Origin: Catajapyx aquilonaris
Taxonomy: Eukaryota
Assembly (NCBI GenBank): GCA_000934665.2
Contig: JYFJ02000088.1
Span: 1 to 64,000, forward strand
DNA: 64,000 nucleotides
Direction: 5' to 3'
Numbering within the stretch: position 1 is the stretch's first letter; each line of letters begins with the position of its first letter. The notes beneath the pieces are model-generated. The model ran no database searches. It had not been told where the DNA came from and saw only the letters and a program-made list of their open reading frames with translations. Shown one piece after another: positions 13,801 through 28,276 of this stretch. The translations under genes were made by a program, and so were the position numbers.

Positions 13801-16800
13801 TTATGCTTAAGAAGCAATGAACTCAAAAGGCCCCCCNCCCCCCCCTTGTGTTTTTTTCACCCCCTTCCACGCCTCAATTTTGTGCTCAAATTGTTTACAC
13901 TTCCAATGCTCAGAAATAGTTCTCCCCTTCATCACGAATCGTAAACAAAAATCAAGGAACACGTGTAGACTCTTGAGAGGTATGTTGCCCATTGACGTGT
14001 GGTGAGTCGGAATACCCTCACCGACACGTCTCGGGTATACCTTCAAGCGATAAGGTATGCCCTCTTTTTGTGTGTGTGTGTGTTCAGTACGGGAAGCCAT
14101 GTTGATTCATGCCATGTTTTTTTCCATTATACGTGACCTCCTGCATAATCGCCGTCGAGTTAACGAGGGCGAAAAGGAATGCTTCTGGGATTTCACAGGG
14201 TGATCCTCATAGTTGGAATTTCAATACGCATCAAATGTGCATGTCTAAAGATGCAGGAAGCGAAACCCCTAGTCCGTGACAACACCCATCCTATAGGGAG
14301 ATACCCACTAAAAGGTGCCCATTAGGCTGACGATACGCTGTCGAAATATATCATTACGCTCCACCCGCGCCCAGGCTTAAAAAAAAAATAAACATGGCAA
14401 ATAATTCAGTGAATACCGTCCCACATTATCTCCTCCAAATTAGCTCCTATACGAGGAAAAACTCATTTTTTTAAACTAATCTCACAATCTTATCCATGAG
14501 CTACTTTCATGTCGAAAAATCAAACTTCGGACAGCAATGTGCAAGAAACGTCTCCGTAATCGTGGGATATAAATGTCGTGACTTGATAATCACACCGGAC
14601 CTTTCGGCTACATACATTCCCAAGATCTAAAGGTCTTCAAGCGACAACTTCAATAATGTGTGACCCACGTGCGCAGTTCCTGCCTCCTTATTAAGCCAGG
14701 CATTCCTGCCCATATATTATTTACCCGTGGGCCGCGACCTCCAACGTCACCCCCGTTACTTTTATATCACCCAAGCACTATTTTTTTTTCATTGTTCAAT
14801 CTAAAAAATATGGGTCACGCCTAGCCAAAGCCCTAATAAAAAAAACCCCCAGCATTCATCCCCTGATTGGTGCAAGTTTATCTCGAGTGTGAACGACCAC
14901 GACGTGACATTAGCTCGACAACCACCACAGGCGGAGGCAATGACACCTCGATGACACACATGCATCGTTCCCATACACACGGTGCATAGCCCGAGAGAAA
15001 GTGGGTCGGGCAAGCCAAGGGCCAAAGGCAAAACTTGGGAGGTGTACGGAAAGAGAAAGGAGTACTCGTTTGTCTAAGCCTGTTCAACAGCTGTGTAACC
15101 AGCCGGTACATACCGAAAGCAATAAATATGCGGACCAGACTTCGGAAGATCTTTACTACGCGACGCAGTGGCAGCGCCACTTCGTCGCGTAGTAAAGATC
15201 AGCCAAGCCAAGCCCTTTGAACATCCGCTCTGCATGGCTTCTTAAGTGTCTCCGACCTTGTCCTTGTACAAAACGTCTAGTGACCTTCCATGCACCCAAC
15301 TGTACCGTTCACTTCAAAAAAACGCTGAAGTGAATTGCTACTCATCCAGCTGTAAAACAATCAGTCTAACTGTGTACTCCATTTCATACAAAAGGACACA
15401 TGTACCGTACCCCCACCGATTGTCGCCCAAATAATACTGGTCACTTCTTTCCTGATGGTATGGTCAGTGCACCACCCTGTAACATGGGACCACCAGCTGG
15501 CACAACCCAAAACCGGTTCCATCGCCAATCTACCAGCTGACACCGTGGCCTACAAAATAGCACGCGCTCCTTTTAATACACCTATCGATGCCAAGTACCA
15601 CCAATTAAAGAGAGAAAAAATATGGGAAAGTCCATAATTCCATACATTTCTCATCCTATAAATCTCTGGAAGGGAAAACGGACGACATCGTTTCCTTCCG
15701 AAAAATATTTCGGGGCCACTGTCGCTTTCTTGAGGTCACAACCGATTGTCCGCATGCTTCCATTTTTAATAGCACGTCGTCACGAATACTCCTCTTTTTT
15801 TTATATATACACCTGAGCAAAATGCATTGTACGCCTACACTGTTTCAGGAAGTGTATGAGAGCGTGCCTAGTCTCCTCGCTCGCTGATTTTATGTGAACA
15901 AATGAAATATATTTCCACAGGTGGCACTACCACTGCTTCCGCGACTGCACCCCACTGTACTTCCCAACCTTGAAACTTGCAATGCTCTGAAGAAAAAAAA
16001 ATTAGCTGTGAAATTTTTTTTTTTTAAAAAAGGGTCTCCAGAATTTTTCCCAAACACCCAGCCAGTATGACAACGATAACTGTAATCTCATTTTACAAGC
16101 CCCCACGACTGCGTACACAATCCCGCAAACATCCGCAGTCCTGAAGGAAGAGGTCCATAAAGGCTGTGCACTTGGCAAGGCCGCATCCATATAAAATGTG
16201 TCATCAAATGTGAAAACATCAACTTTGCTACATCAAAAGTTATTATTAGAGCTGGTGTCAATATTAATATCTAACTAGATATCAGCCCAGGGCATTGCCC
16301 AGTAGCAACTGGCACTGCGGCACACTTCAGCCTGCACTGCAGCACCTGTAAAATTACAAACGTTAAGCTCAACCCCAAGAAATTACTGCAAGCGTTCGGC
16401 ACAACCCAAAAAATTACTAAGCATTAGAAACATTCTGGCTGGACATCACAGAACACTATCCAATATCATACCTGAATGGCCACATTCCGGTCTAGCCATG
16501 TATCGTGACTGACCTTTGCTACAAATAATGTGTGGCATGTGGTTTTAACTCTATGGCACTTTTACCTGAGGGGACTTGCTGGCCATTTATAACCTTACGC
16601 AGGTACAGGTAGTAGAATAAAAAAAGTGGAGTTGCTTTGATAGCCACTTGCTTCCTGCATGTTTGACATGCCATGTCAGATACGGCCCATCGCTCAGGTA
16701 AAAATGGAAATTCGGTCAGTCGGATAGCAATTTGGCTTTGAAATCCGCAATAAACAATTTGCATGGTTTCTTTTTGCAGGGATGGGTAGTAAGGTTGAAT

Positions 16801-19375
16801 ATTGCCCTTTTTTATACGAGGAAGACTTGCATTGCAAAAAAAAGAGAGAAGCATGCAAGGCCACTATGGAGAAAATCGTGTTGGTCCTCAGCCAAGGCAA
16901 GCGAAAAAGTGGTTGCAAAATAATTTCCTGCCTCTGCAGGAAAAATCTAAGCCGGGTCATCACTTCAGCAAAACTTCTCTGGGCGCGACATGTGACGTCA
17001 GGAGGATCCTGACTCACCTCATCAGCAATTCCCCATAGGCTGGCCGTGATGGCCTTGATGCCTCACCTGCATTGCATGTACCAATTTGCACGTACACTAC
17101 TACTACCTGTCAATATTACCGTCCAAGGATGTTAAGGAAATATGTGCCAACAACAATTGTCCCAACGCTTCACCTCGTTGTAACTTCCTCTCTTTCTTCG
17201 CTCCCAGATTTTTACAAGAATGGTGGAAAATAATTTAGCCAGGGCAGCGATGGCACAAAAAAAAAGTGTGCTTCGCACAGTAATCAATGGGAGGTAGCAA
17301 TTATCCATGCAGCCTTGTATCCAGTTTTTAACGGGGTCTGGGATAATGACACCAGTTGCCAAAGGAAGCAAAATGGAAGCCACTTGCTTTATCAAGCCAG
17401 GTAATCAGTACGGAGGAGAAGTGATGAGCTTACAAGTGAAGGTCAAGAGTCACGCTTTACTTTTTCTTACAAGCAATTGCTTCATCTTTACAACAGCAGC
17501 CTATGGCATTTCCTACTCCCGTTGGGTAAACGCTTCCTCATCAACAAGACCATCCCCCATGTTCATGCAACTGCTTCATCACATGTGTTGGGTACACAGT
17601 GTGCACCATGTAGTAACTATAAACACGAGATTGGCAGTCAACACCACCAGGTACGAATGTGTCAACATTAGACACTAACATTGAGCAACTACCCAGCCTG
17701 CATCTAGATAATCATGTGGATTTTTGTTATATAAAAGCAAACATAGAAAATCTTCAGTTACATACAGTACAAAATTCATAATGTAGAATCGGTAGATTCC
17801 AAACTTTTCCCTTAATGTGTTTCGATGCAACCAGGCCAAAATGCGGAACAGTTGTTGCAGTAATCACTCTGACAAATAATAACTTCTGCTTAACTATTAT
17901 CCATGCTAATCATTATCTAGAAGTTCCGCAGCGTATATGCCATAAAATTATGGTTCACCGAAAATCTCCCACAATCACTGCACATTATTATCATTTTGTC
18001 ATAAACGGCAGTGTGTGTGACAGGCTTGTGAGGCAACACTCAATGGGAGCCTACACACATAACAATGTTATCTGGCACATGAGTCAAAGTGAAATCACAG
18101 GGGGCTACTAGGTAAACATGTGCAATTTACAATGATGTCAAGGAAATAAATCTTCAGCAAAAAAAAAAAGTGTGGGCATTAGACAATGCCGTCTTATTCG
18201 CTATAGGCACAATTACGGACATAAAATTTGTTAAGCTCAAGCATAGCAAAATGTTGTTGGAGTTATTCAGCAATAAGGCCTGCACAATGCAGCCACTGCC
18301 AATTTGTTATTACAAGCATTGCACCACGGTTATTTTTACCCACAGCTCTAGCATGTTTTTAAAAATTGAGATGCACCAGAGTGCCGGGTAATTTTGTCAC
18401 AAAAACCTCAAGCGCAACACATTGCCGTTTGCTACCGGAAGTGAAGATGGGTAATATTTTTAGGGTTTCATGGACTAGCTACTGGGCTAAACTGTTGTCA
18501 AATAAGAAATATGGATACCTACAACGTGCTCTTCGATCCCTGAAAGTTTCATGCTCTCCTTACTACCTAACGACCATAAAATAATCAATTAGTACATGGA
18601 CCGTGAAAATCATATTTGTCTGAAGCAGAATGCAGCCTGCGATGCCATCAATATCGCACGCAATGAAATAACTACTTCAGTGTTACATCATTCATATCAT
18701 CCAAGTGGATTATGATTTGACTTTGGTACTGACATTTGCTTCACCGGGAAAAACTTGTGTGTGGTTGCACACATATCGGCCCCATGTTTTTCGTTGTTAA
18801 CATGATGTCGGTGGCACCGTAGTAAATCCCTCCAATTTTGGAAGGTTCACGGTATCTAAGCAATGTGCAGCTTCCGTGTTAAAACTGACATCCGAACCCT
18901 GGACTCCGCATTTCCACAGCCGAGATACGATCAAAAATTCTCCAAGAATGCAACTAGCCATAGTAGCCCGCAAATAGCATCTGATACGTTATGGGACTGG
19001 TGGCGGCTACGCAGGGTATGCCCCCATTTAAGACAATTCCACCCTTATTCATCAGCCCATGTGAAGCAACATTTATTAATAACTTTTCTTCAGAAAGACC
19101 AGTATGACATCATATCAGTCCTCCGCTTACTGAATCCCCCCCTCCATCAGCACCCTTCCAGATAAAACCAACTATCAAGTGGTGTTGACGCAACCTCATG
19201 ATAGCCTATAGGTGTGTGTAGGGCCACTGCCACATCCGGCCTGACCCCGCCCGCATCGTCAGCATTGTCGCCTGCCTTTTCCCCCAGTCCATACCTTTAT
19301 GATGAGCTCTATCTCCGGTACGTCTCCTCCTCCGCCTCCGTTGGCCGTTCCATTGTGCACGTCCTCGTCCGCCAT
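7887..19375 (-). CDS. Clic: Chloride intracellular channel (Clic/exc-4 family), 6 coding exons
   Basis: Exons 19375-19295 (MADEDVHNG...PEIELIIK), 11076-10934 (ASTIDGRRKGACLFCQEYFMDL), 9001-8839, 8770-8596 (FLTGDTMCCFDCELMPRLQH), 8253-8114 (AFTQSCPADQDII), 7964-7887 (EELETPTYTTSIP*). Intron 1 is ~8.2 kb. Confidence 0.95.
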
Positions 19376-19741
19376 CACTTCCTCGCTCTGGGCCAACACC
19401 ACCTGTGCTTCTATCGAACTAGGCTATACACATCCACGCAGCTCGTTCCAGGGTCGGCCTAGGGGAGACTGGCTGAAAAGGCGGGCACTGGGCAGAGGGT
19501 GGAGAGGCAGGGCAGGGGGGGAAAAGAGATGGAAGAAGAGACAAGGGAACGGCGCCATCGACACTAGAGACATCTGGAGGAGGGACATATGAATTTACAA
19601 GGTCAATAGCTTGTGCGCATGCCCACAACATATCCGTGCAATGCGCATGCGTCAGTATTTACACAGTCAACTACTAGTACAGGGTGTGCAATTATCAACT
19701 ATTTATTTAAAATGTACACAGGGTGGCAGTGCTTCGTTAGT

Positions 19742-21336
19742 TTATCTTGACGACTGAGAGTGGCCAGAGCGCTCGGATGATACAGTTCCGCTGACTATGT
19801 CATCATATTCGTTGTCATTGTCGGAGCCGTCTGGATCGTCTTCAGGGCTTTCCGCAGCAGAGTCTGTGCCTTCCTCAGAAGAACCTGATGCTGAGCTCAC
19901 CGCCACTAGCTCCTCCTCTACAGGAATTTCCTCTGCTAACTCATGGCAGATGCATGGGAATGTGTAAATTTCTCCACAGTCAACAATCTTGATCTCGCGC
20001 AATGGGACCTCCAGGTCTGTCCGAACTTGCTCCATGAGCTTCAGCGTGTGCGACCCTTCAACAAGTTGCCTGGAAAAACCATGGTTATATGACTGGAGAT
20101 AATCACATGCTAGCAGCTATTACCCAAAAGCAACATATTTGCGATCCATCCATGGATTAGGATTCAAGCTGATGACAAACTGATCTCCGTTAGTATGTGG
20201 ACCCCGGTTGGCTACAGACAGACACCCTCTTTTGGCGTGACGCACTTGGAATGTTTCGTCGGGGAAAGAACGTCCGTATGACGATGTCACAAAATTGTCC
20301 AACTTGCCTCTCTTCACATCTGTTGTGAAAACAGGAGTTATTGATTTCATCTTAATTTTTGTTAGCTCAAAGAGTTAATTTATAGTTAATAAATAACTGT
20401 GCTTTACCTCCTCCTTGAATCCACACATCTTTTTTCAGTCTATGAAAAGTGGTGTTTTGGTAAGTCAGCCTAATGTCTGGTTTGATGTAACCCTTGAATC
20501 CGAGACATAGCGCCCGGAAGTTTTCGCATGTTCGGGGAGCAACCCTGTAAAATAACTGAAAGTGGACAGTGTTAAGGTACAACTTTGTTATTTTACTTCC
20601 AAGCACAACATACCTCAAATATGAGGCGTCCCGCGTAAATGTGATCTATTGTTATATCCAAATAGCAATAGGCATTCTGCAAAAATTAGCAATCATCCAT
20701 TCATGAAACCATGTACAGAATATATTAGTTTAAAGTGCTTTTTGCTTACCAAGGTGTCAATCAGGGAATTATTGTGTTCCTCAATAGCTATAGCATTAAA
20801 TATGTCCATGCCAGGTTCCTCGTACCCATATCTGTGCTGGATCAACTTGATCAAATCTCTCACGCCTCCCAAATATTTGGTGTCCATAAAGACATACACA
20901 TCACTACGATTTGACCAAATGTCGCCTCCAACTTCCTGCGAGATGAAATATATTAGGGGTTGACTGCAAGTTGACTGCCTGCATAATATGCTTTAGAAAT
21001 GTGTACAGGTACTTACTCTTTTTTTCTGCTTGGAAAAGGTTGCCCAATCTGATTCTGACATCCCTTGAATAACAGGCTCACATAATTTATACGGATTCTT
21101 ATCCAGTGTGATCTGAAATAATCAGCAACTTATCAGGAAAACTATCAAACTCCAGGTTGACACCTGATGGACTACCTTACACTTCATGAACAATGATATG
21201 ATCGGTCTTAATGAAATTCATCAATACAAGAGCATACCTCAATACATATCCTGGCTCGATGGAAATCTCTGGAATCAATGCGACCGTACACCTCAAACCT
21301 GTACTTGAACAACTTCTCACACTGTTCCCCAGCCAT
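19742..21336 (-). CDS. PPIL6: Cyclophilin-type protein, PPIL6-like (7 exons)
   Basis: Long N-terminal extension (MAGEQC...EVYGRIDSRDFHRA), then cyclophilin core (GRLIFELFYRVAPRTCENFRALC, FHRL..WIQGGD, FPDETF, LSVANRGPHTNGDQF, PWMDRKYVAFGQLVEG, IVDCGE) and an acidic tail. Orthology inferred from architecture. Confidence 0.75.
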
Positions 21337-21848
21337 TTCTATTGGACTACCAATTAATCCCCCCCAACTTAAAACTAGTTCTAGCTAACACTGATAATTT
21401 GGAAACACACTTGTTGATTTTAACCCCCCAAACAGTGCATATCTATGGAAACTGATAGCTGATCAGCAGGTGTGCCCATGTTTCCTAACCTCCTAACCTA
21501 TTGGCAAAAATAATGTACAATTTCATATTTGGCGCTTCAACTCTTCCGAGCGCCATCTATGTGCAATTACGTGTACTACGCACAGGCAGTAGGCGTCCGC
21601 ATGAATAATTACCGTGTGGCCCAACTCCCCGTGCATGCGCTTTAAACCCGAAAATGGCGGGCGGTGGTGACCTCCGCAAGAGTCAGCTGCTGCCCTGACC
21701 CCCATCCGATGACCTAGGTCTGTCACTGGACTTGCATGTCTCCCCAGCCTGCCACAGTGGGCATTTAAGCATGTCGCCTTAGTAGTAAAGGGCTGCATCT
21801 GACCTGGGTCACCGCCTTCATTTGCAGGGCAAGAGCGTGTCGTGTCTG

Positions 21849-23811
<1,963 letters not shown>

Positions 23812-24980
23812 AGTACACCTGTTCTAGCGTTTTAAAGCTACCTGCAATTGCATTGTCAGTGATTATCATCCCTATTCAGCAGCATATTTGTGAAATGGGC
23901 TGGAGTTGTATGGTAACAAGTAGAATGCAGGAGGATTTTAGTTAACGGACTTGTCATATTTTGCTCAAAATATTTGGATGTTAAGAGCCAGCTGTATGAG
24001 TGTAAATTAAGGGAACATATCCTGTTGAGTTACCATCCATGGAGAACTATTGTTAATTTGCACAGATACAACCAACCCTGAGAGAGGTTAGGTACGTGCA
24101 ATTTTGGTATCCTCTACGGTACGGTAATTCTGATGCGAGTCTTTCCATTTTTCACATTTGGACAGCACATTTCCTCCTGAATTACTAAGGCACTTTGCCT
24201 GATATGTATTTACATATTATAAATTAGGATTCTGGTTCCATTAAAATATGGATGATGTTCACTGGCTATGGAATTATCAGTTGCAATGATAAAGAATAAC
24301 AAATCCTTTGTGATGTCAGGGTCAAATTTCTGTAATGTAGGGCCAGTTGCAAGGCAATTTCACTATTGATGTCACCAAGAGTTTGACAGTTTGAACGACA
24401 CTAACTAACCTTCCATATTTTTCTTTATTTATTTCATCATTTATTTGTTAAATTATCCTGCCAATTGTGATCATTAATTAAAAGACTGCTGTACTGTAAA
24501 CGTGTAAATTTTAAGGCACCTGAATGTCAATATGAGTTGGCTGCTCCGAACAGTGCTAGTCACATCAAGGTCTGAAGCCTTTTGCTTTACACAAATTTTG
24601 CTAAAACCTTGTCAATATTTCCCATGGAAACCATTGTGTGAATACATAATAACCGCCTCTACTATCCCTTAGTTTACTACATGCATGGGTCACTTTATAG
24701 TTTCTACTTTTCTGACATTAGAAAAATGTACCAGCTAAGAATCAGCAATATTTGTATTAGAACTGTTCACCTGACTACATAGAGCTCGGCCATTTTCTGA
24801 AATACATTTGCTGAACCATTTAGAGAGGACCATGATGCATAAGTAGTTACAGACGGCTGTTGTAGTGCATCATCACTTCAATTTCAGTAACACTAATAGG
24901 ATGGGTATGATAATTGTCATGACAGTTCAAACATGTTATGATGGCAAAATTTTGAAGCGTTTCTTCACAAAGTAACATAA

Positions 24981-25145
24981 AGTCCATTAAACCAAGGGAT
25001 GATATGATGTCACGTTCAGCCCCACCTCCACCCAGCTCTTCCCGCTTCTCATGTCCCAGAATCGTTCTGCAAGCATACTACGTACTGCGCATGCTCAGAA
25101 AGCACGGCTGGTGGGATGTCATATCGTTCTTTAGTTTAAAGGACT
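24981..25145. mobile_element. Short diverged MITE
   Basis: ~33 bp imperfect inverted termini (AGTCCATTAAACCAAGGGATGATATGA / TCATATCGTTCTTTAGTTTAAAGGACT), about 8 mismatches, GC-rich interior. Confidence 0.55.
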
Positions 25146-25862
25146 GCATGTTGAGCTTTTGCTAGTCAGGATTCACCCACGAATTTTTTAATGGATGACC
25201 ATGGTTAGTATTTAATGAGCAATAAGACGGTTTCTGCTTTTCAATCTGTCATGAGGACGCTACATTTCTTTGCATCCATCCAATTAACATTTGAAAATAC
25301 AACTTAGCAGAGCACTCCCAAACAGATATGGTTCAGCTTCTCACAGCACAGCAAAATCTCAAGTTGACTGTTTTCCAATGTTACAAACTAAAAAATTAAA
25401 CGGAGTATAGGGTACTGTGTTTTCATCCCCTTTTAGGTGTCTGTAACTGTGTAACAGATCAATTCACTCAAGGTTTAGAAATGTCTTTTGCAGTTATTTT
25501 TGCTAAACCAGTTTTGTAGGCTAATTGCTTTTTAGTTAAATTAGTGTGCTATACGAAAGCGTCACATGGAGTGTAATCTCATCACCACTCATTGTAACTG
25601 ACTCGAAGCACTGCATTTTCATCCAGTTGTTTTTCTCCAATCATATATTGCATTACCACAATGCATTGTGATGAGATGATTATTCCCGTATGCACAAAAT
25701 AAGAATCCCAAACATTAATTTCTGTGCTTTTATTTCTAAAGTGTTGATGCAACTAATGTATATTGTAATGAATGTTTTTCTTTCCATGGAATGTGACATT
25801 TAAAACTGCCCCATTTTGAATCACATGATAAATAAAATGAAACTTAAATGACAGAAGTGTAC

Positions 25863-26673
25863 TCAGTTGTCAGTTACGATGAGCTCGTCAATCCCCCAGT
25901 CCTCAAAGCTTCCGTCCGGCAGATAACGTCGGATGATGATTGGGATCTTGCGCTGCTTCAGTTCCTTCATGGAGATCTGAAGTGGATCTGTCTCTCCCTC
26001 CAGCTCCACCATGACTGGTGCACACATTGCAATCTGCAGCGCTCTTGTGCCCAGAACACGCGCTCTTTCATATCTGAAAAATTGGGTTCGTCGGTTACAT
26101 GCCAAAACCAAACTTAATACGTGACATACTTTGTCATATATGGTGTAGTGATGCGCTTGGCTTGCTGAAGGTTTTGCTGCCCTTCACTTGCTGGAAGAAT
26201 GTCGATGTTCTCACCCTCCTCCTGAAAAAGATGGTTTAATAGTTGCACGGTCTGACACAGGTCTGATAAATATTATAACTGAGCATATCCTGTTGAACCA
26301 GTGCGTATTGTGCATAAATGATGGTAAATGTATAGTGAATAATCAAGAAGTCTGAAAGATTCGTACATCCTGCTGGTCGATCTCGTCAAGATTCTCATCG
26401 TCCTCAACGTCATCAAAATCGTCTCCAGCACTGAAAATGGAACAAAAAGGACCATAAGCTACATTACCAAGGCATCACAGAGCACGTGGGCACTATTATC
26501 AGACCATGTCGGCTCTATTTACAGGCCCATCAGCACCAACATTGCTTCAACATGTTCTCTAATCATGCAAGCGTCATGAGATACTAATTAAACTCGAGTA
26601 TGACTCAGAATAATGCAGTTATTGTAATAAAAAGTGGTACTCACTCGTCAGGCTCGTTTTCCTCGTCCGCCAT
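25863..26673 (-). CDS. POLR2F: RNA polymerases I, II and III subunit RPABC2 (RPB6), 4 exons
   Basis: MADEENEPD..., [73 protein letters not shown]. Exons ~26673-26645, 26430-26367, 26221-26130, 26073-25863. Confidence 0.97.
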
Positions 26674-27215
26674 TTTTACGAAAAGGTGACGCCCACTGTT
26701 GCCAACATATCACGAAATAAGTAACGTTTAACAAAACTAACTTGGCAAATTATTTAATAATTAATTAAAACAATGCAACTAGTTTTAATAAATATAAACT
26801 AATCTACATATCCAGTGCTATACACTTTTGATATTGTTGTTAAAATATCGATGTTTGGCCATTACGTCACGATTTTTTCTGGAAATGATTACACGTTCCA
26901 ATGATGTTTCTCACACGCATGCGCATTGCTCTGTGATTGGCTGGTAATGTCAGTCCTTGTCTTTTGATTGGTCAAAATTTTATGCCCTATCCGTATGTTG
27001 AGACATGTGAATTTTATTCCTTTGTCGTCACAGGAGAATGATGTGTGTGTGAGGTCTCTCCAAATCCTTGAGTTAGAAGCAGAGGAAAAGGTCCTGAAGA
27101 AGAGGAGATTCCAGGGTTCATTTCGTCTTTCCTGATAGAGTAAGTTCTGTAGAGTTTGGCTGTGAAGACCATTCATAACTGGCCGCTTGTGTCATTTCAG
27201 GAAACAGCCGCAATC

Positions 27216-28112
27216 ATGTCGACCGCTGTGATGGAGAGTATCCTTTATTGTTCTGGTGACACTTGAGGTGCTGTAAAGTTCCGTTCAGAATGACCCATGG
27301 TGTAAACACAACCGGTCTAGATACATTTTACCAATAATCACTCGTAGCCACAGTTCGGTAGATCAATGCTTTGCAATACTTTTCCTTAACTATGTGCAGA
27401 GCACTTGTTCAACTTAAAATTTGCAGTGAAAGAGTTAGAGCGCAATGCCAAGAAGTGCGAGAAGGAGGAGAAGGGTGAGAAGCTGAAGTGCAAGAAGGCG
27501 ATCCAGAAGGGGAACATGGAGGGTGCGCAGATCCATGCAGAGAATGCCATCCGACAGAAGAACCAGGGACTGAACTACCTCCGCATGAGCGCCAGGGTGG
27601 ATGCTGTGGCCAGTCGCGTCCAGACGGCCTGTACGACGAAGAAGGTGACCACGTCCATGGCTGGGGTTGTCAAGGCCATGGATGCTGCGATGAAGTCTAT
27701 GAACCTGGAGAAGATCTCTTCCCTTATGGACAAGTTTGAGACACAGTTTGAGGACCTGGACGTCCAAAGCTCCTACATGGAGAACACCATGGCACAGACC
27801 ACCACTACCACCGTACCACAGAATGAGGTCGAGGGACTTATGCAACAGGTTGCCGATGAAGCTGGGTATGTTCATGCAACAGAATTACTGAAAGAAGTAA
27901 TCGCTGTAATAAATTAAGTTTTTATTTCTTGAGTAGTCTGTTACAAAGTATTGTTGCGTGCGGGAGCATTTAATTGAAAATGGCATTTGCATTTCAGACT
28001 GGACCTGAAGCTGGAGTTGCCGACTGGCCCAAGTTCAATCGGTGCCTCGACTCAGGTGTCACAAGAACAGGACGAGCTGACCTCCAGATTGGCCCGTTTG
28101 CGCCAGACATAA
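27216..28112 (+). CDS. CHMP1B: ESCRT-III charged multivesicular body protein 1b (3 coding exons)
   Basis: MSTAVMEKHLFNLKFAVKEL..., IHAENAIRQKNQ, LMDKFETQFEDLDVQ, C-terminal MIM-like EQDELTSRLARLRQT*. Exons 27216-27237, 27400-27865, 27998-28112. Confidence 0.96.
27238..27399 (+). other. U12-type (minor spliceosome) GT-AG intron
   Basis: 5' splice site GTATCCTTT; branch site TTTCCTTAAC at 27381-27390, ending 9 nt before the 3' end of the intron; no polypyrimidine tract after it. Confidence 0.92.
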
Positions 28113-28276
28113 CGTGGTCTCAGGAATATTTCAAACGTTTGGGGGGGGATCAAGCCTTACATTCTGTATATACTTTAACACTGCTTAAAAACCATTATTG
28201 TACTAGTTACATTTAAGGAAATAAATCAAATTTGTGAGCAGCTCTGGCACAGCTTAAAAACTAGCCTCTTTGTAAG

